A stretch of DNA of 64,000 nt, taken from assembly GCA_016783445.1 (NCBI GenBank), contig JADHWO010000005.1:1707-65706 (forward strand), written 5' to 3'. Origin of the DNA: Candidatus Aminicenantes bacterium. GTDB taxonomy: Bacteria > Acidobacteriota > Aminicenantia > Aminicenantales > Aminicenantaceae. The notes under the pieces are model-generated. The model was given only the letters and a program-made list of their open reading frames with translations. It had not been told where the DNA came from and made no database searches. The position numbers and the translations under genes are program-made. Below, one piece after another: positions 1-10,560 of this stretch. Position 1 is the first letter of the stretch; every line of letters begins with the position of its first letter.

Positions 1-1
1 G

Positions 2-457
2 GGAGTAGTCATCTTTCTTCTAGGTGTATCAGTCGGCAAAAAACAGGCTCAAATCATAGGAGGTGCGGAAATAGCCACTCCAGCAGAGATTGAACAGGTC
101 AAAAAGGAAACCACCGTTCCCCCTGGAGAAAAAAAAGACTCTATCAGGCAAGAATTAGCCTCTCACCAGAAAGCTAAAAGCAAAACACAAAAGAAGACTC
201 CTCAAGCTAAGAAAAGGAACCTTTATTATATCCAGGTTGGAGCCTTCAACATAAAAGATGCAGCCCTCGCCTATGCAGATGGATTTAAGAAAAAAGGCTA
301 TCCTTCTCTTGTGCTGGAACCATTTCCAACGGATAGGCCAAACCAGGTCTTCCGTGTGAGAATCGGGGGCTATGAGACTAGGGAAAAAGCTGAAGAAGTC
401 TTATCCCGTTTACAATCAGAATCAACAAAGAAGCTCGATTACTATATTACTATGTAG
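2..457 (+). CDS. SPOR-domain (peptidoglycan-binding) cell division protein, 5' truncated by window edge
   Basis: Not in the ORF track. Manual translation of frame 2 is open to TAG at 455-457 and contains YYIQVGAF...FRVRIGGYETREKAEEVLSRL, a typical SPOR pattern. Confidence 0.8.
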   Translation, partial: GVVIFLLGVSVGKKQAQIIGGAEIATPAEIEQVKKETTVPPGEKKDSIRQELASHQKAKSKTQKKTPQAKKRNLYYIQVGAFNIKDAALAYADGFKKKGYPSLVLEPFPTDRPNQVFRVRIGGYETREKAEEVLSRLQSESTKKLDYYITM

Positions 458-546
458 TCAAGACATAAAAGCCAGGCTTTGGAAACCGTCTCTTACATCT
501 CCGTCAGGAAACAGGAAGAAAAAGAACTCCTATAGGTATATACAAC

Positions 547-2076
547 TTGAAAATCAAAAAATATGATATCCTGCTTGCCTTATTGAGTGGAGCCCTTACA
601 GCTCTTTCTCTTCCCAAGTTCAACCTTTCTTTCTTTGTTTGGATTTCCATCATTCCCCTTATTTTCATCATCCGGAATAAGAACCCTAAACAATCCTTCC
701 TTCTGGGGCTTATTGCTGGAATCTCTTACAATGCTATCCTGATTTACTGGGTTCCTTCAGTCCCAGCCCATTATGGCAATATGTCCTTAGTAATAAGCTT
801 AATTATATATGTCTTATTTATTCTTTTTCTGGCTCTTTACTGGGCATTTTTCTGCCTGGTGTGGACAAAAATCTATTTATCCTTTCCAAGGTTAATTTTT
901 CTCCTATGTCCTTTTATCTGGATTTCTTTCGAATATATCCTCACTCATTTTCTCACTGGATTTCCCTGGGGGCTTGTCGGCACAAGCCAGTACTCAAATA
1001 TTTACTTTATCCAGCTTGCTTCTATTACCGGAGTCTATGGTCTTTCCTTTATTATTATTCTCTTTCAAAGCCTGTTTGTTTACTCCATGATTTACAGAAA
1101 AAAGGAGCCATTCCTTTTTGTCCTAGCTTTTGTGTTGCTTATTCATATAGGTGGTTTCCTGAGTGTAAAAAAATCCCCTTCTCAAAAAGATTCTTTTACG
1201 GCTTCTGTCATCCAGGGCAACGTCTCCTCAGATATTTACTGGGACCAGATATCCGTCCAGGAGACATGGAATCTTTTCGACCAACACCTTGAACTGAGCC
1301 ACCAGGCATATGAAGCAGGCTCCGGCCTGATTATTTGGCCTGAATTCTCCGTTCCTCTCTGTTTCAGCTGCTCCTATAAACTTGCTCAGGATTTTAAAGA
1401 AAAGCTCTACCAGTTCGTTCAGGAAACAGGCTGCACTCTTCTCCTCGGAACCAACGAGACCACAGGACCTCCCGGGGAAAAAAACTATCACAACACAGCA
1501 TTATGTCTAAGCCCGGATCTCTCCACAAGTTTATACTATAAAATACATCTTGTTCCCTTCGGCGAATACACTCCGTACAAAAAGATCTTTTTCTTCATCG
1601 AAAAAATGACCCACGCTATCGGAGAGATCTCACCCGGAACTCAACACACCCTCCACAGCTATAAAAATATCAAATTTGCCTCCCCTATATGTTATGAAAT
1701 CATCTTTCCTAACCTTGTCCGAAAATTTGTTAAAAAAGGAGCAAATTTTCTGGTTACAATCACCAATGACGGCTGGTACGGAAAAAGTTCTGCTCCATAT
1801 CAGCATTTTTCAATTGCTGTTTTAAGAGCTGTGGAAAACAGGCGTTATCTTCTGAGGGCAGCTACAACAGGTATAAGCGGTATCATCGACCCTTATGGCC
1901 GCATTCTCTCCAAATCAGAGCTTATGACCAGTACATTTCTTACAGAGAGAATCACTCCTTCCCCAACCCTCACTTTTTATACAAAATTTGGTGATATTCT
2001 TCCTATAGGAAGCTTGACTTTAGCAGCCATCTTCCTTATTCTGGCACTAAAAAAGAGAAAATATGAAAAAAAATGA
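547..2076 (+). CDS. lnt: Apolipoprotein N-acyltransferase
   Basis: N-terminal TM helices plus CN-hydrolase motifs IIWPE, KIHLVPFGEY, ICYEIIFP, TNDGWYG. Confidence 0.95.
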   Translation: MKIKKYDILLALLSGALTALSLPKFNLSFFVWISIIPLIFIIRNKNPKQSFLLGLIAGISYNAILIYWVPSVPAHYGNMSLVISLIIYVLFILFLALYWAFFCLVWTKIYLSFPRLIFLLCPFIWISFEYILTHFLTGFPWGLVGTSQYSNIYFIQLASITGVYGLSFIIILFQSLFVYSMIYRKKEPFLFVLAFVLLIHIGGFLSVKKSPSQKDSFTASVIQGNVSSDIYWDQISVQETWNLFDQHLELSHQAYEAGSGLIIWPEFSVPLCFSCSYKLAQDFKEKLYQFVQETGCTLLLGTNETTGPPGEKNYHNTALCLSPDLSTSLYYKIHLVPFGEYTPYKKIFFFIEKMTHAIGEISPGTQHTLHSYKNIKFASPICYEIIFPNLVRKFVKKGANFLVTITNDGWYGKSSAPYQHFSIAVLRAVENRRYLLRAATTGISGIIDPYGRILSKSELMTSTFLTERITPSPTLTFYTKFGDILPIGSLTLAAIFLILALKKRKYEKK

Positions 2077-3200
2077 GTCTACTTCAAAGGCAACTCGTTC
2101 CGAATTTCTGAGCAAGCTTAAAGAATACATCTCAAAGTTTGAAGAACTTAGAGGTTTTCTTTGACATCAGCCAAAAAAAAGCTGAAATCGAATCCATAAA
2201 CAAAGAGTTTTCCACTCCTGAGATCTGGAAAAATCATAAAAAATCTCAGTCCCTTTCACAAAACAAAAAAAGATTAGAAAAAGACGTGCAGCTTTACTCC
2301 ATGTTAAACGAGAAAAAAGAAGAGCTTGAGGTCCTGGCTGAGCTTTCAGAGGAAGGGGAAAATGTTGATGAGGACCTTAAGAAAAGTCTGGCCTCTTTTG
2401 AAAAAGAACTGGCTGAGGCAGAGCTTCAAATGCTCTTCTCTGAGAAAGATGATGGCCGAAATGCCATACTAACAATCCACCCTGGAGCTGGCGGTACTGA
2501 ATCCCAGGACTGGGCTCAAATACTCCTCAGAATGTATTTAAGGTATGGAGAGAGGAAAGGCTTTAAAACCACAATCCTCGATTTTCTCTCTGGAGAAGAA
2601 GCAGGACTAAAAAGCGTAACTGTTCGAGTAGAAGGTGATTATGCATATGGCAATCTAAGCCAGGAGTCAGGAGTCCACCGCCTCGTCAGAATTTCACCCT
2701 TTGATGCCAACAAAAGACGTCACACCTCCTTTGCTGCTGTTTTTATCTATCCTGAAGTTGAAGGAGACATCGAGATCGAAATCAATCCAGAAGACCTTCG
2801 AATTGACACATATCGTTCCTCTGGCAAAGGAGGACAACACGTCAATGTTACTGATTCTGCTGTAAGGATAACCCACATTCCTACAGGCATTGTCGTTCAA
2901 TGCCAGAACGAAAGATCTCAGCACAAAAATAAGGCCAGTGCTATGAAAGTTCTCAAGGCTAGACTCTATGAGCTTGAGAAAAAAGCAAAACAAAAAAAGC
3001 TGGAAAAGCTGGAGGATGCAAAATCAGACATTGCCTGGGGAAGCCAAATCCGTTCATACGTACTCCATCCTTACCGGATGATTAAGGATTTACGAACAAA
3101 TGTCGAAATCGGTGATGTTGAAAGAGTCCTGGATGGAGATATTGATGAATTTATCAAATCCAGCCTGCTTTTACGAAAGGGCACAGAAAAGGAAAAGTAA
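2063..3200 (+). CDS. prfB: Peptide chain release factor 2, expressed via programmed +1 frameshift
   Basis: SPF and GGQ motifs in the main frame. An ORF from ATG 2063 reads to CTT-TGA-C (2159-2165), preceded by SD-like AGAGG, and continues in the +1 frame at GAC (D-I-S-Q). Confidence 0.95.
2150..2165 (+). promoter_or_regulatory. prfB +1 frameshift site
   Basis: AGAGGTTTTCTTTGAC: internal SD-like sequence plus CTT TGA C. Confidence 0.9.
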
Positions 3201-3311
3201 TAATGTGTCCTGTTTTATTAACTCCATAAAGAGCTCCGTGTGAATGTTGTAATAATTGAAGAACTAAACAGCTCAAAAAAAACCTAAGACACTGAGGTAT
3301 AAAAATGCAGA

Positions 3312-4100
3312 TTAATCTATTTTATTTTTTGCCTTTTCCCAAATCTTATCCATTTCTTCAAGGCTAGCCTGGCCGAGTTCTTTTCCCTCTTCTTCTAATT
3401 TTTTCTCTATGAATTTAAACCTTTTGATAAATTTAGCATTGGCCTGTCTTAGAGCAATCTCGGGATTTACTCCGAGAAGGCGGGAAACATTTGCCATTGA
3501 AAAGAAAATATCTCCTACTTCTTCGGAAATCTTTTCCTTTTTTTGTGCTTTTAAAGCTTTTTCTAATTCGGATACCTCCTCCTTAATTTTCTGAAGAGCA
3601 TCAAAAGGCTGCTTCCAGTCAAAACCAGAAGAGGAAACACGAAGCCCGATTTGAAAGGCTTCCATAAGGGAGGGAAAACATTTTGTCATGCCGTCAAAAA
3701 GTGACTTTCTCTTTTTTTCCACTTTTTTTTGCTTATTCCACTCGTCTAAAACCTTCTTTGAAGTCCTGAAACGTTTTTGAGCAAAAACATGGGGGTGCCG
3801 ACGAATCATCTTTTTATTAATTCCATCCAGAACATCATAAATGGAGAATTTTTTATCTTCTTTAAAAATCCTGGCTAAAAAAACAACCTCCATCAGCACA
3901 TCACCCAGCTCCTCTGCCAGTGACTCGGTATTTTTTGCGCAAATTGCATCCACAGCTTCATAGACTTCTTCTAAAAAATAATTAGTTATTGAATTGACAT
4001 CCTGTTCTCTATCCCAGGGACATCCTCCTTCACCTCGGAGAGCGTCTAAAATTTCCACCAATTTTCCAAATTTTTTCCCGGCTTTCTCAGCATTTTTCAT
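3312..4100 (-). CDS. mazG: Nucleoside triphosphate pyrophosphohydrolase MazG
   Basis: LRGEGGCPWDREQ, EEVYE, EELGDVL, RRHPHVF and a second EEVGD domain. Confidence 0.93.
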   Translation of the reverse strand: MKNAEKAGKKFGKLVEILDALRGEGGCPWDREQDVNSITNYFLEEVYEAVDAICAKNTESLAEELGDVLMEVVFLARIFKEDKKFSIYDVLDGINKKMIRRHPHVFAQKRFRTSKKVLDEWNKQKKVEKKRKSLFDGMTKCFPSLMEAFQIGLRVSSSGFDWKQPFDALQKIKEEVSELEKALKAQKKEKISEEVGDIFFSMANVSRLLGVNPEIALRQANAKFIKRFKFIEKKLEEEGKELGQASLEEMDKIWEKAKNKID

Positions 4101-4233
4101 ATTCTTCTCTCCCTTGAATTATTCCAGAGAATATTGTAATATTTTTAATCGACTTATTAGAATATTTTATACCTGAATAAAATTCAATCCCGGATAGTTC
4201 CTAAATATTTTTTCTGAAAAAGAGGACAAAAAA

Positions 4234-4560
4234 ATGCCAGAAAAAGAAAAAAACAAGAAAAGCCAGACAAAAAAAGAACCGCCAGAAGAAAAGAAAGGAA
4301 TTATTCCTCCTCTTGATTTTAGTTCTCTCGTCCTCCCTTTTTACACTCAAGCTTTGATAAAGCTGGGCTTGGTAAAAGACCCTCTTACCGATAAAGAGAA
4401 CGAAGACCTGGAATTAGTCAAACGATTGATCGACTTACTTGATCTTTTAAAAGAGAGGACAAAAGGAAATCTTAAGCCAGAAGAGGAAAAATTTTTAGAC
4501 GCCTGCCTTCATCAGATCAGATTGGCCTATATGGAGAAAACAAAAACAATCAACTTGTGA
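4234..4560 (+). CDS. DUF1844-like small protein
   Basis: IDLLDLLKERTKGNLKPEE motif characteristic of DUF1844. Confidence 0.75.
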   Translation: MPEKEKNKKSQTKKEPPEEKKGIIPPLDFSSLVLPFYTQALIKLGLVKDPLTDKENEDLELVKRLIDLLDLLKERTKGNLKPEEEKFLDACLHQIRLAYMEKTKTINL

Positions 4561-4564
4561 CCTT

Positions 4565-5485
4565 ATGGAAGTCATTAACGGTTTTAAAAAACTTCCTCAA
4601 ATTTCTAATTTTTCGATTATTACAATAGGAAATTTTGACGGCATCCACCTGGGCCATCAAAAAATTTTGGACTTTCTTGCAGAAAAAGCCAAAAAATATT
4701 CTCTCCTATCTCTGATTCTGACATTTTCTCCTCATCCAGAAAAAATTCTTGGAAAAAAAAGAACAAAAATGATTCAAACTCTCGATCAGAGAGTAAAAGA
4801 GCTTAATAAATATAATATTAAGGCTTGTTTAATTGTACCTTTTGATGACAAATTTTCAAGCCTTTCAAGTCAGGATTTTATTCAACAAATCGTTTTAAAT
4901 ACCCTTAAAGCAAAAATGGTTATTGTTGGAGAAAATTTTCACTTCGGGAAAAACCGTGAAGGGGATATTTCACAACTCCACCGGCTGGCTTCACAATTTA
5001 ACTTCCAGGTTTTTTCTATCCCTTCTGTGACTATAGAAGGGAAAACCGTAAGCAGCAGCCTTGTCCGAAGTTTTCTCCGTGAAGGAAAAATAGAAAAAGT
5101 TTATACTTTATTGGGAAGGTCTTATGAAATAGAAGGTAAAGTAATAAGAGGAAAATCCAGGGGAAAAGCCCTGGGTTTCCCCACCGCAAACATCGAGACA
5201 GAAAACGAAATCGTCCCCCCAGGAGTATTTATTACAACAGCCTGGTTAAAGTCAAAAAAATTCCACTCGATGACCAATGTAGGAATCCGTCCCACGTTTA
5301 ACCAGCAAGAAACAAATATCGAATCCTATATTATAAACTTCAACAAGAATCTCTACGGAGAGAAAATTAGAATCAATTTTATAAAAAAAATAAGAGACGA
5401 AATAAAGTTCAAAACTTCAGAGGACCTCTCCAGGCAGATTAAGAAGGATCTGGAAACTACAAAACTCTATTTTAAATTAAAGTAG
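4565..5485 (+). CDS. ribF: Bifunctional riboflavin kinase/FAD synthetase
   Basis: IGNFDGIHLGHQ, GENFHFG, GFPTAN, IRDEIKF. Confidence 0.95.
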   Translation: MEVINGFKKLPQISNFSIITIGNFDGIHLGHQKILDFLAEKAKKYSLLSLILTFSPHPEKILGKKRTKMIQTLDQRVKELNKYNIKACLIVPFDDKFSSLSSQDFIQQIVLNTLKAKMVIVGENFHFGKNREGDISQLHRLASQFNFQVFSIPSVTIEGKTVSSSLVRSFLREGKIEKVYTLLGRSYEIEGKVIRGKSRGKALGFPTANIETENEIVPPGVFITTAWLKSKKFHSMTNVGIRPTFNQQETNIESYIINFNKNLYGEKIRINFIKKIRDEIKFKTSEDLSRQIKKDLETTKLYFKLK

Positions 5486-5487
5486 TA

Positions 5488-5846
5488 GGTTCTCTTCCAT
5501 TTTGTGTGGGTATTAATCAGTAAGTGTTCGTGAATGGTCTCGCTCCCGTTCAGATTTTTCACGCCATCCCTTCTTCATCTATTCAACGCATAAACGAAGG
5601 GCAGTGGGTGAAAAAAACCGTTTGAAGGCTGAGTGGGCACGGTTCCTCTCCATAATGGAGAGGAGAGCGAAGCCTGAAATCGAGCAGCTTTTGACTCGCT
5701 GGGGCAAAAGTTGCGTGTTTTCTGAATCCACTGGCCTGAGTTCAAACATACTCGCCGCCCGACTCCGTCGGGTCTCCTCGAAGCGCGATTCAGGGAGGCT
5801 AAATCTTCAAGGGTCGCTTCATCCATCCCCGAACACTTTCTGATTA
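5488..5846. repeat. Structured intergenic repeat, copy 1 (MITE-like; outer left TIR plus inner palindromic element)
   Basis: Similar to 11704-12028 (inverted) and 51005-51272. Starts GGTTCTCTTCCATTTTGTGTGGG; inner ends TAATCAGTAAGTGTTCG / CGAACACTTTCTGATTA are inverted repeats. Confidence 0.85.
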
Positions 5847-5952
5847 TTTCTTCTTCTTGACTTTTTCCCTCAGATATTGCATTTTCTTATGGAAAGAATT
5901 ACGTTTGCTTAAGAAAAGGAATAAAGGTTTGTTTTAAACCAGGAGTCGCCTT

Positions 5953-6507
5953 ATGGAAGAAAAAATTAAAGCCAGGATAATGGATTCCCGGAAGATAAGA
6001 AGATCTATCCTGCGAATGACCACTGAAATCATTGAACGCAACCGAAATTTAAAAAATTTGGTTATTGTTGGAATAAGAACAAGAGGAATCTACCTGGGAA
6101 AAAGAATATCAAAACTGATTAAGGAATTAGAAAAGATAGAAATTCCTGTAGGGGTTTTAGATATAACACTCTACCGTGACGATTTCTCTGAGTTAGAAGC
6201 TCAACATATGGTAAAAAAGACAGAAATAAATTTCTCAGTGGCAAAAAAAGATGTTCTTCTTGTTGATGATGTCCTCTTTACCGGAAGAACTATACGCGCA
6301 GCCATGGATAGCCTGATTGACCTGGGACGTCCTAAAACAATTCAGCTTCTTGTCCTCATCGACCGTGGCCATCGAGAATTACCTATCAGGGCTGACTATG
6401 TGGGAAAATTTCTTCCGACTTCAAAACGAGAAATTGTGCAAGTCAAGTTAAAAGAAATCGATAGTGAGGATGAAGTCCTCATTACTGAGCCGCCTGGAAT
6501 TAAATAG
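5953..6507 (+). CDS. pyrR: PyrR bifunctional pyrimidine regulator/uracil phosphoribosyltransferase
   Basis: [39 protein letters not shown]. Confidence 0.95.
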   Translation: MEEKIKARIMDSRKIRRSILRMTTEIIERNRNLKNLVIVGIRTRGIYLGKRISKLIKELEKIEIPVGVLDITLYRDDFSELEAQHMVKKTEINFSVAKKDVLLVDDVLFTGRTIRAAMDSLIDLGRPKTIQLLVLIDRGHRELPIRADYVGKFLPTSKREIVQVKLKEIDSEDEVLITEPPGIK

Positions 6508-6517
6508 GAGAAGAGAC

Positions 6518-7456
6518 TTGGCATTCAAACATAAACATCTTCTCGGTATCCAGGGCTTAACATCTTCAGAGATTGTGTCCGTTCTGGATACTGCAGAATC
6601 TTTTTACGAAGTTTCAACCCGGGAAGTAAAAAAAGTCCCCACATTAAGAGGAAAAACTATAATCAATCTCTTTTATGAACCAAGCACCCGGACACGGAGT
6701 TCTTTCGAACTGGCAGCAAAAAGATTAAGCGCAGACATTGTCAACTTTAATAAACAAACCAGCTCCGTCATTAAAGGGGAAAGTTTCAAGGACACCATCT
6801 TGAATCTCGAAGCCATGAATCCTGATGCCATCATCATCAGACATTCTGCTTCTGGTATTCCTTACTTCGCTACTACTTTCTGCCAGCACCGAATCATTAA
6901 TGCAGGGGATGGATCTCACGAACATCCAACTCAAGCACTTCTTGATGCCTTTACAATAAGACAAGAAAAAAAGAATTTTAAAGATCTAAAGGTCATCATC
7001 GTCGGAGATATCATTCACAGTCGCGTCGCGCGATCCAACATATTTCTTCTCAATAAGATGGGAGCAAAAGTTGTTCTTGTTGGCCCCCCAGCTCTTCTTC
7101 CTGTAGAATTTAAAAATTTTGGAGTGGAGATTGACTTCAATCTCGATAGAGCCATTCAAGGAGCCGACGTGGTCATGATGTTAAGGATCCAGCTGGAAAG
7201 ACAGGCAGCAAATTTTTTCCCATCTATTCGAGAATACAGAAACCTTTACAGCTTAACGGAAAAAAGATTTCGAAAAGCAAAAAAGAATGCCATAATCATG
7301 CATCCTGGCCCTATAAACAGGGGTGTAGAAATCTCGACTGATATGGCTGATTCTGCAAAATCCGTCATTCTCAAACAGGTTGAAAATGGTATTGCAGTCA
7401 GAATGGCTGTTCTCTACCTTTTGTTAGGAGGAAAAAAACGTGAGGCTATTGATTAA
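6518..7456 (+). CDS. pyrB: Aspartate carbamoyltransferase catalytic subunit
   Basis: [27 protein letters not shown]. Start placed at TTG 6518 after AGGAG. Confidence 0.95.
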   Translation: MAFKHKHLLGIQGLTSSEIVSVLDTAESFYEVSTREVKKVPTLRGKTIINLFYEPSTRTRSSFELAAKRLSADIVNFNKQTSSVIKGESFKDTILNLEAMNPDAIIIRHSASGIPYFATTFCQHRIINAGDGSHEHPTQALLDAFTIRQEKKNFKDLKVIIVGDIIHSRVARSNIFLLNKMGAKVVLVGPPALLPVEFKNFGVEIDFNLDRAIQGADVVMMLRIQLERQAANFFPSIREYRNLYSLTEKRFRKAKKNAIIMHPGPINRGVEISTDMADSAKSVILKQVENGIAVRMAVLYLLLGGKKREAID

Positions 7457-8723
7457 GAATGGAAGAGTAATTGATCCTTCTTCAAAAACAGACGACACAT
7501 TGGACCTTTTGATAGAAAGAGGAAAAATTGTTGACATAAAAACAAAAATTGAAAGCAAAGGAGTAAAAGTTATTGATGCTTCAAGATTAGTTGTTGCTCC
7601 AGGATTTATCGATATGCATGTCCATCTGAGAGAACCTGGCCAGGAAGATAAGGAAACCTTATTCACTGGCGCTCTCGCTGCAGCCAAAGGAGGATTCACT
7701 TCCATTGCTTGCATGCCCAATACAAACCCTGTTAATGACAATCGTGGTGTGACCGAATATATTCTTTCTGAAACAAAGAAAAACTCTGTAGTGAATGTTT
7801 TTCCCATAGCATCTATTACCCGAGGGCAAAATGGTGCAGAATTAACAGACATGGCTGATCTGGCCGAGGCTGGAGCTATCGCTTTTTCTGACGACGGCCT
7901 CCCTATAGAAGATAGCCAGGTTATGCGGCGTGCTCTGGAATATTCAAAAATATTAAAAACTTTGATCATCAACCACTGCGAAGATAAAAATTTAAGCGGT
8001 GAAGGAGTCATGCATGAGGGGTATTATTCCTATCTCTTTGGCCTTAAAGGGATTCCCGCATCCTCAGAGGAAACAATGATTGCCCGGGATATAATCCTTG
8101 CCAAAAAGGTTGGAACACCCATACATATCGCCCATTTGAGTGTAAAAGGAGCAGTAGACATTATAAAAGAAGCAAAGAAAAAAAAGGTAATGGTTACAAC
8201 AGAAGTGACTCCCCATCATCTTTTCCTAACAGACTCGCTCCTTGAAAATTACGACACAAACCTGAAGGTCAACCCTCCTATTAGAAGCGAAGAAGACGCC
8301 CAAGCTTTAATCCAGGCTGTGAAGGATGGAGTCATAGATGTTTTTGCATCAGACCATGCTCCTCATACTATAGATGAGAAAGATGTTGAATTTGACAAAG
8401 CCCCCTTCGGAATAAATGGGCTGGAAACTGCAGTCTCTCTCTTCCTTGATAAACTTGTGAACAAGAATGTCATTTCACTGCGAAAATTTGTTGGTATGAT
8501 ATCCACAACTCCAGCTGCAATCCTGGGACTGGAAAATAAAGGCAAAATCTGTGTAGGGGCTGATGCGGATCTCACAATATTAAACCTAAAAAAAGAAATC
8601 GTTGTTGATGTTAATACTTTTAAATCTAAAAGCAGAAATAATCCTTTCCATGGCTGGAAATTGAGAGGGGCTCCGGTTAAAACAATCGTGGGAGGAAAAA
8701 TCGTCTATACTTCATCTTCTTAA
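7440..8723 (+). CDS. pyrC: Dihydroorotase
   Basis: [20 protein letters not shown]; follows pyrB. Confidence 0.93.
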   Translation: MRLLIKNGRVIDPSSKTDDTLDLLIERGKIVDIKTKIESKGVKVIDASRLVVAPGFIDMHVHLREPGQEDKETLFTGALAAAKGGFTSIACMPNTNPVNDNRGVTEYILSETKKNSVVNVFPIASITRGQNGAELTDMADLAEAGAIAFSDDGLPIEDSQVMRRALEYSKILKTLIINHCEDKNLSGEGVMHEGYYSYLFGLKGIPASSEETMIARDIILAKKVGTPIHIAHLSVKGAVDIIKEAKKKKVMVTTEVTPHHLFLTDSLLENYDTNLKVNPPIRSEEDAQALIQAVKDGVIDVFASDHAPHTIDEKDVEFDKAPFGINGLETAVSLFLDKLVNKNVISLRKFVGMISTTPAAILGLENKGKICVGADADLTILNLKKEIVVDVNTFKSKSRNNPFHGWKLRGAPVKTIVGGKIVYTSSS

Positions 8724-8772
8724 AAAAAACTTCAAATAGAAGCTGAATCAGCAGAAAAAAACAATTCTTTTT

Positions 8773-9519
8773 ATGAAAATAAACATCCCACAACTCGAAA
8801 AAAAGATAGGCTACACATTTAAAAACAAGAATCTCCTGCTCCAGGCTCTAATTCACAGTTCTTACGCCTATGAGAACCAACAAAGTGTGGATTCAGACAA
8901 TGAGACTTTAGAATTCTTAGGAGATTCAGTTCTTGGGCTCATTATTGCTGACTACCTCTGGTCCAGTTATCCTGATTTATCCGAAGGAGAGCTGTCCAAA
9001 CTTAAGTCTTCAGCAGCAAACACATTTTCCCTTTTCTCATTCAGTAAAAAAATAAAACTTGATAAAATTATACTCCTGGGTAAAGGTGAAGAAAAAAGCG
9101 GAGGGAGGAAAAAAAAGACCATCTTAGCCGGAACCTTTGAGGCAATAGTGGCAGCCATCTATTTAGACAGCGGGCTTGAAGAGGCTAGAAATTTCCTTCT
9201 CAGTTTTCTCAAATCTCTATTCAGTAAAATCAAAGCTCCTGTCTATTCAGTTAACAACTACAAATCAGCTCTTCAAGAATACCTCCAAAAGGAGGACCTC
9301 CCTGCTCCTGTTTATAAAACTATCACAACCTCAGGCCCTGACCACAAGAAAAGCTTTACTGTTGAAGTTTTGTTCGAAAATAAATCTTTGGCAAAGGCAA
9401 AAGGTAATACTATAAAAAATGCTGAACAAAAAGCCGCTCAAAAAGCCCTCAAAAGCTTTCTGGGGAAAAAAATAAAGGCATTAACTTCTGATACATTCCT
9501 CCAGAAGAAAAAAACATGA
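8773..9519 (+). CDS. rnc: Ribonuclease III
   Basis: NETLEFLGDSVL signature plus dsRBD (NYKSALQEYLQ...AEQKAA). Confidence 0.95.
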   Translation: MKINIPQLEKKIGYTFKNKNLLLQALIHSSYAYENQQSVDSDNETLEFLGDSVLGLIIADYLWSSYPDLSEGELSKLKSSAANTFSLFSFSKKIKLDKIILLGKGEEKSGGRKKKTILAGTFEAIVAAIYLDSGLEEARNFLLSFLKSLFSKIKAPVYSVNNYKSALQEYLQKEDLPAPVYKTITTSGPDHKKSFTVEVLFENKSLAKAKGNTIKNAEQKAAQKALKSFLGKKIKALTSDTFLQKKKT

Positions 9520-9854
9520 TTGAATCTTATACTTTTGGACGTATGGAAGTTAATGGCCACACATACACCTCTGACCTGATCCTTTATCCGGACAAGGTCC
9601 AGGACTCTTGGTGGCGAGAAACAGGTCACAGGCTCAGCCTCAAAGACATAAAGGATGTACTCAAAGAGGAACCTGAAGTTATCATAATCGGCACCGGCTT
9701 CACCGGATTAATGAAAGTGGAGGAAGAAGTAAAACAGTATGCTCAAGATAATAGGATAGTCCTCGTTATAAAAAAAACAAAAAAGGCAGTTCAAAATTTT
9801 AACGAAATCGCTACTAAGAAAAAGACAGTTGGTGCCTTCCACTTGACTTGCTAA
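9516..9854 (+). CDS. Mth938/DUF498-like protein
   Basis: IESYTFG, PEVIIIGTG, C-terminal AFHLTC. Confidence 0.8.
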   Translation: MIESYTFGRMEVNGHTYTSDLILYPDKVQDSWWRETGHRLSLKDIKDVLKEEPEVIIIGTGFTGLMKVEEEVKQYAQDNRIVLVIKKTKKAVQNFNEIATKKKTVGAFHLTC

Positions 9855-9898
9855 AAAGATACCTTATTTTTTTAATTGTATTATTTCTCCCTGGTTAA

Positions 9899-10549
9899 AT
9901 GGCTAAATGCTCAAAATGTAATGAAAGAAAAGGAAAGCGGCACTGTGCTGCTTTGGGAGATTATTTATGCAGCCTCTGCTGCGGCAAACTAAGGGAGAAA
10001 GAAATTCACTGCCCTCAAGACTGCACTTTTTTAGAGCAACACAGACCATATCAGGAAAAACGTATTATAGACAAAAAACAAGATTCTTTTTCAAGAAAGA
10101 GATCTCCTGATGAAGATATTTTAAAAGACGAGAGGATGGCCTGGCTCGCTTTACACATAGAAGCACCCTTAAAGGAGTACGGCAAAAAGAAAAAGTCTTT
10201 AACTGATAAAGAAGCTCTTTTATCCCTGGAGTATGCTAAAGAAAAAATAAAAAAGGGAAAAGGGCTTATTATCACTCCTGATGAAAAGAGTAAGCCAAAA
10301 AATGAAATCGGAGAAGTTATTTACCAGAGTATTGATAAATGCCGGTACGAAAAAAAGATAATACTACCGGGAGAAATAGGGACTTACAAGAAGGAAGAAA
10401 AAATTCAATGCCTGGAGAGGATTATTCTCTCTGTAAAATTCCTGGCTAGGGAAGACTTCGAAGGCAGAAAATATATCGAGCAGGTTATTAAGCGTTTTTC
10501 TCAAATAGAAGAGTTATCCCGCCAGAAGAAAATTAATCACATTTCTTGA
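9899..10549 (+). CDS. Hypothetical protein with N-terminal Cys-rich (putative Zn-binding) domain
   Basis: CSKC...HC...CSLCC...CPQDC at the N-terminus; 216-aa ORF. Confidence 0.6.
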   Translation: MAKCSKCNERKGKRHCAALGDYLCSLCCGKLREKEIHCPQDCTFLEQHRPYQEKRIIDKKQDSFSRKRSPDEDILKDERMAWLALHIEAPLKEYGKKKKSLTDKEALLSLEYAKEKIKKGKGLIITPDEKSKPKNEIGEVIYQSIDKCRYEKKIILPGEIGTYKKEEKIQCLERIILSVKFLAREDFEGRKYIEQVIKRFSQIEELSRQKKINHIS

Positions 10550-10560
10550 TTGCTGCTCTC

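Noticed and set aside
2139-2165. prfB as a pseudogene or with a TTG start at 2139
   Set aside because: Explained by the canonical programmed frameshift
5604-5843. 79-aa ORF conserved in repeat copies 1 and 2 (11702-11941), plus ORF 50973-51230
   Set aside because: Lies wholly within the repeat, has no SD or recognisable domain, and the N-terminal part is missing in copy 3; similarity is explained by DNA repetition
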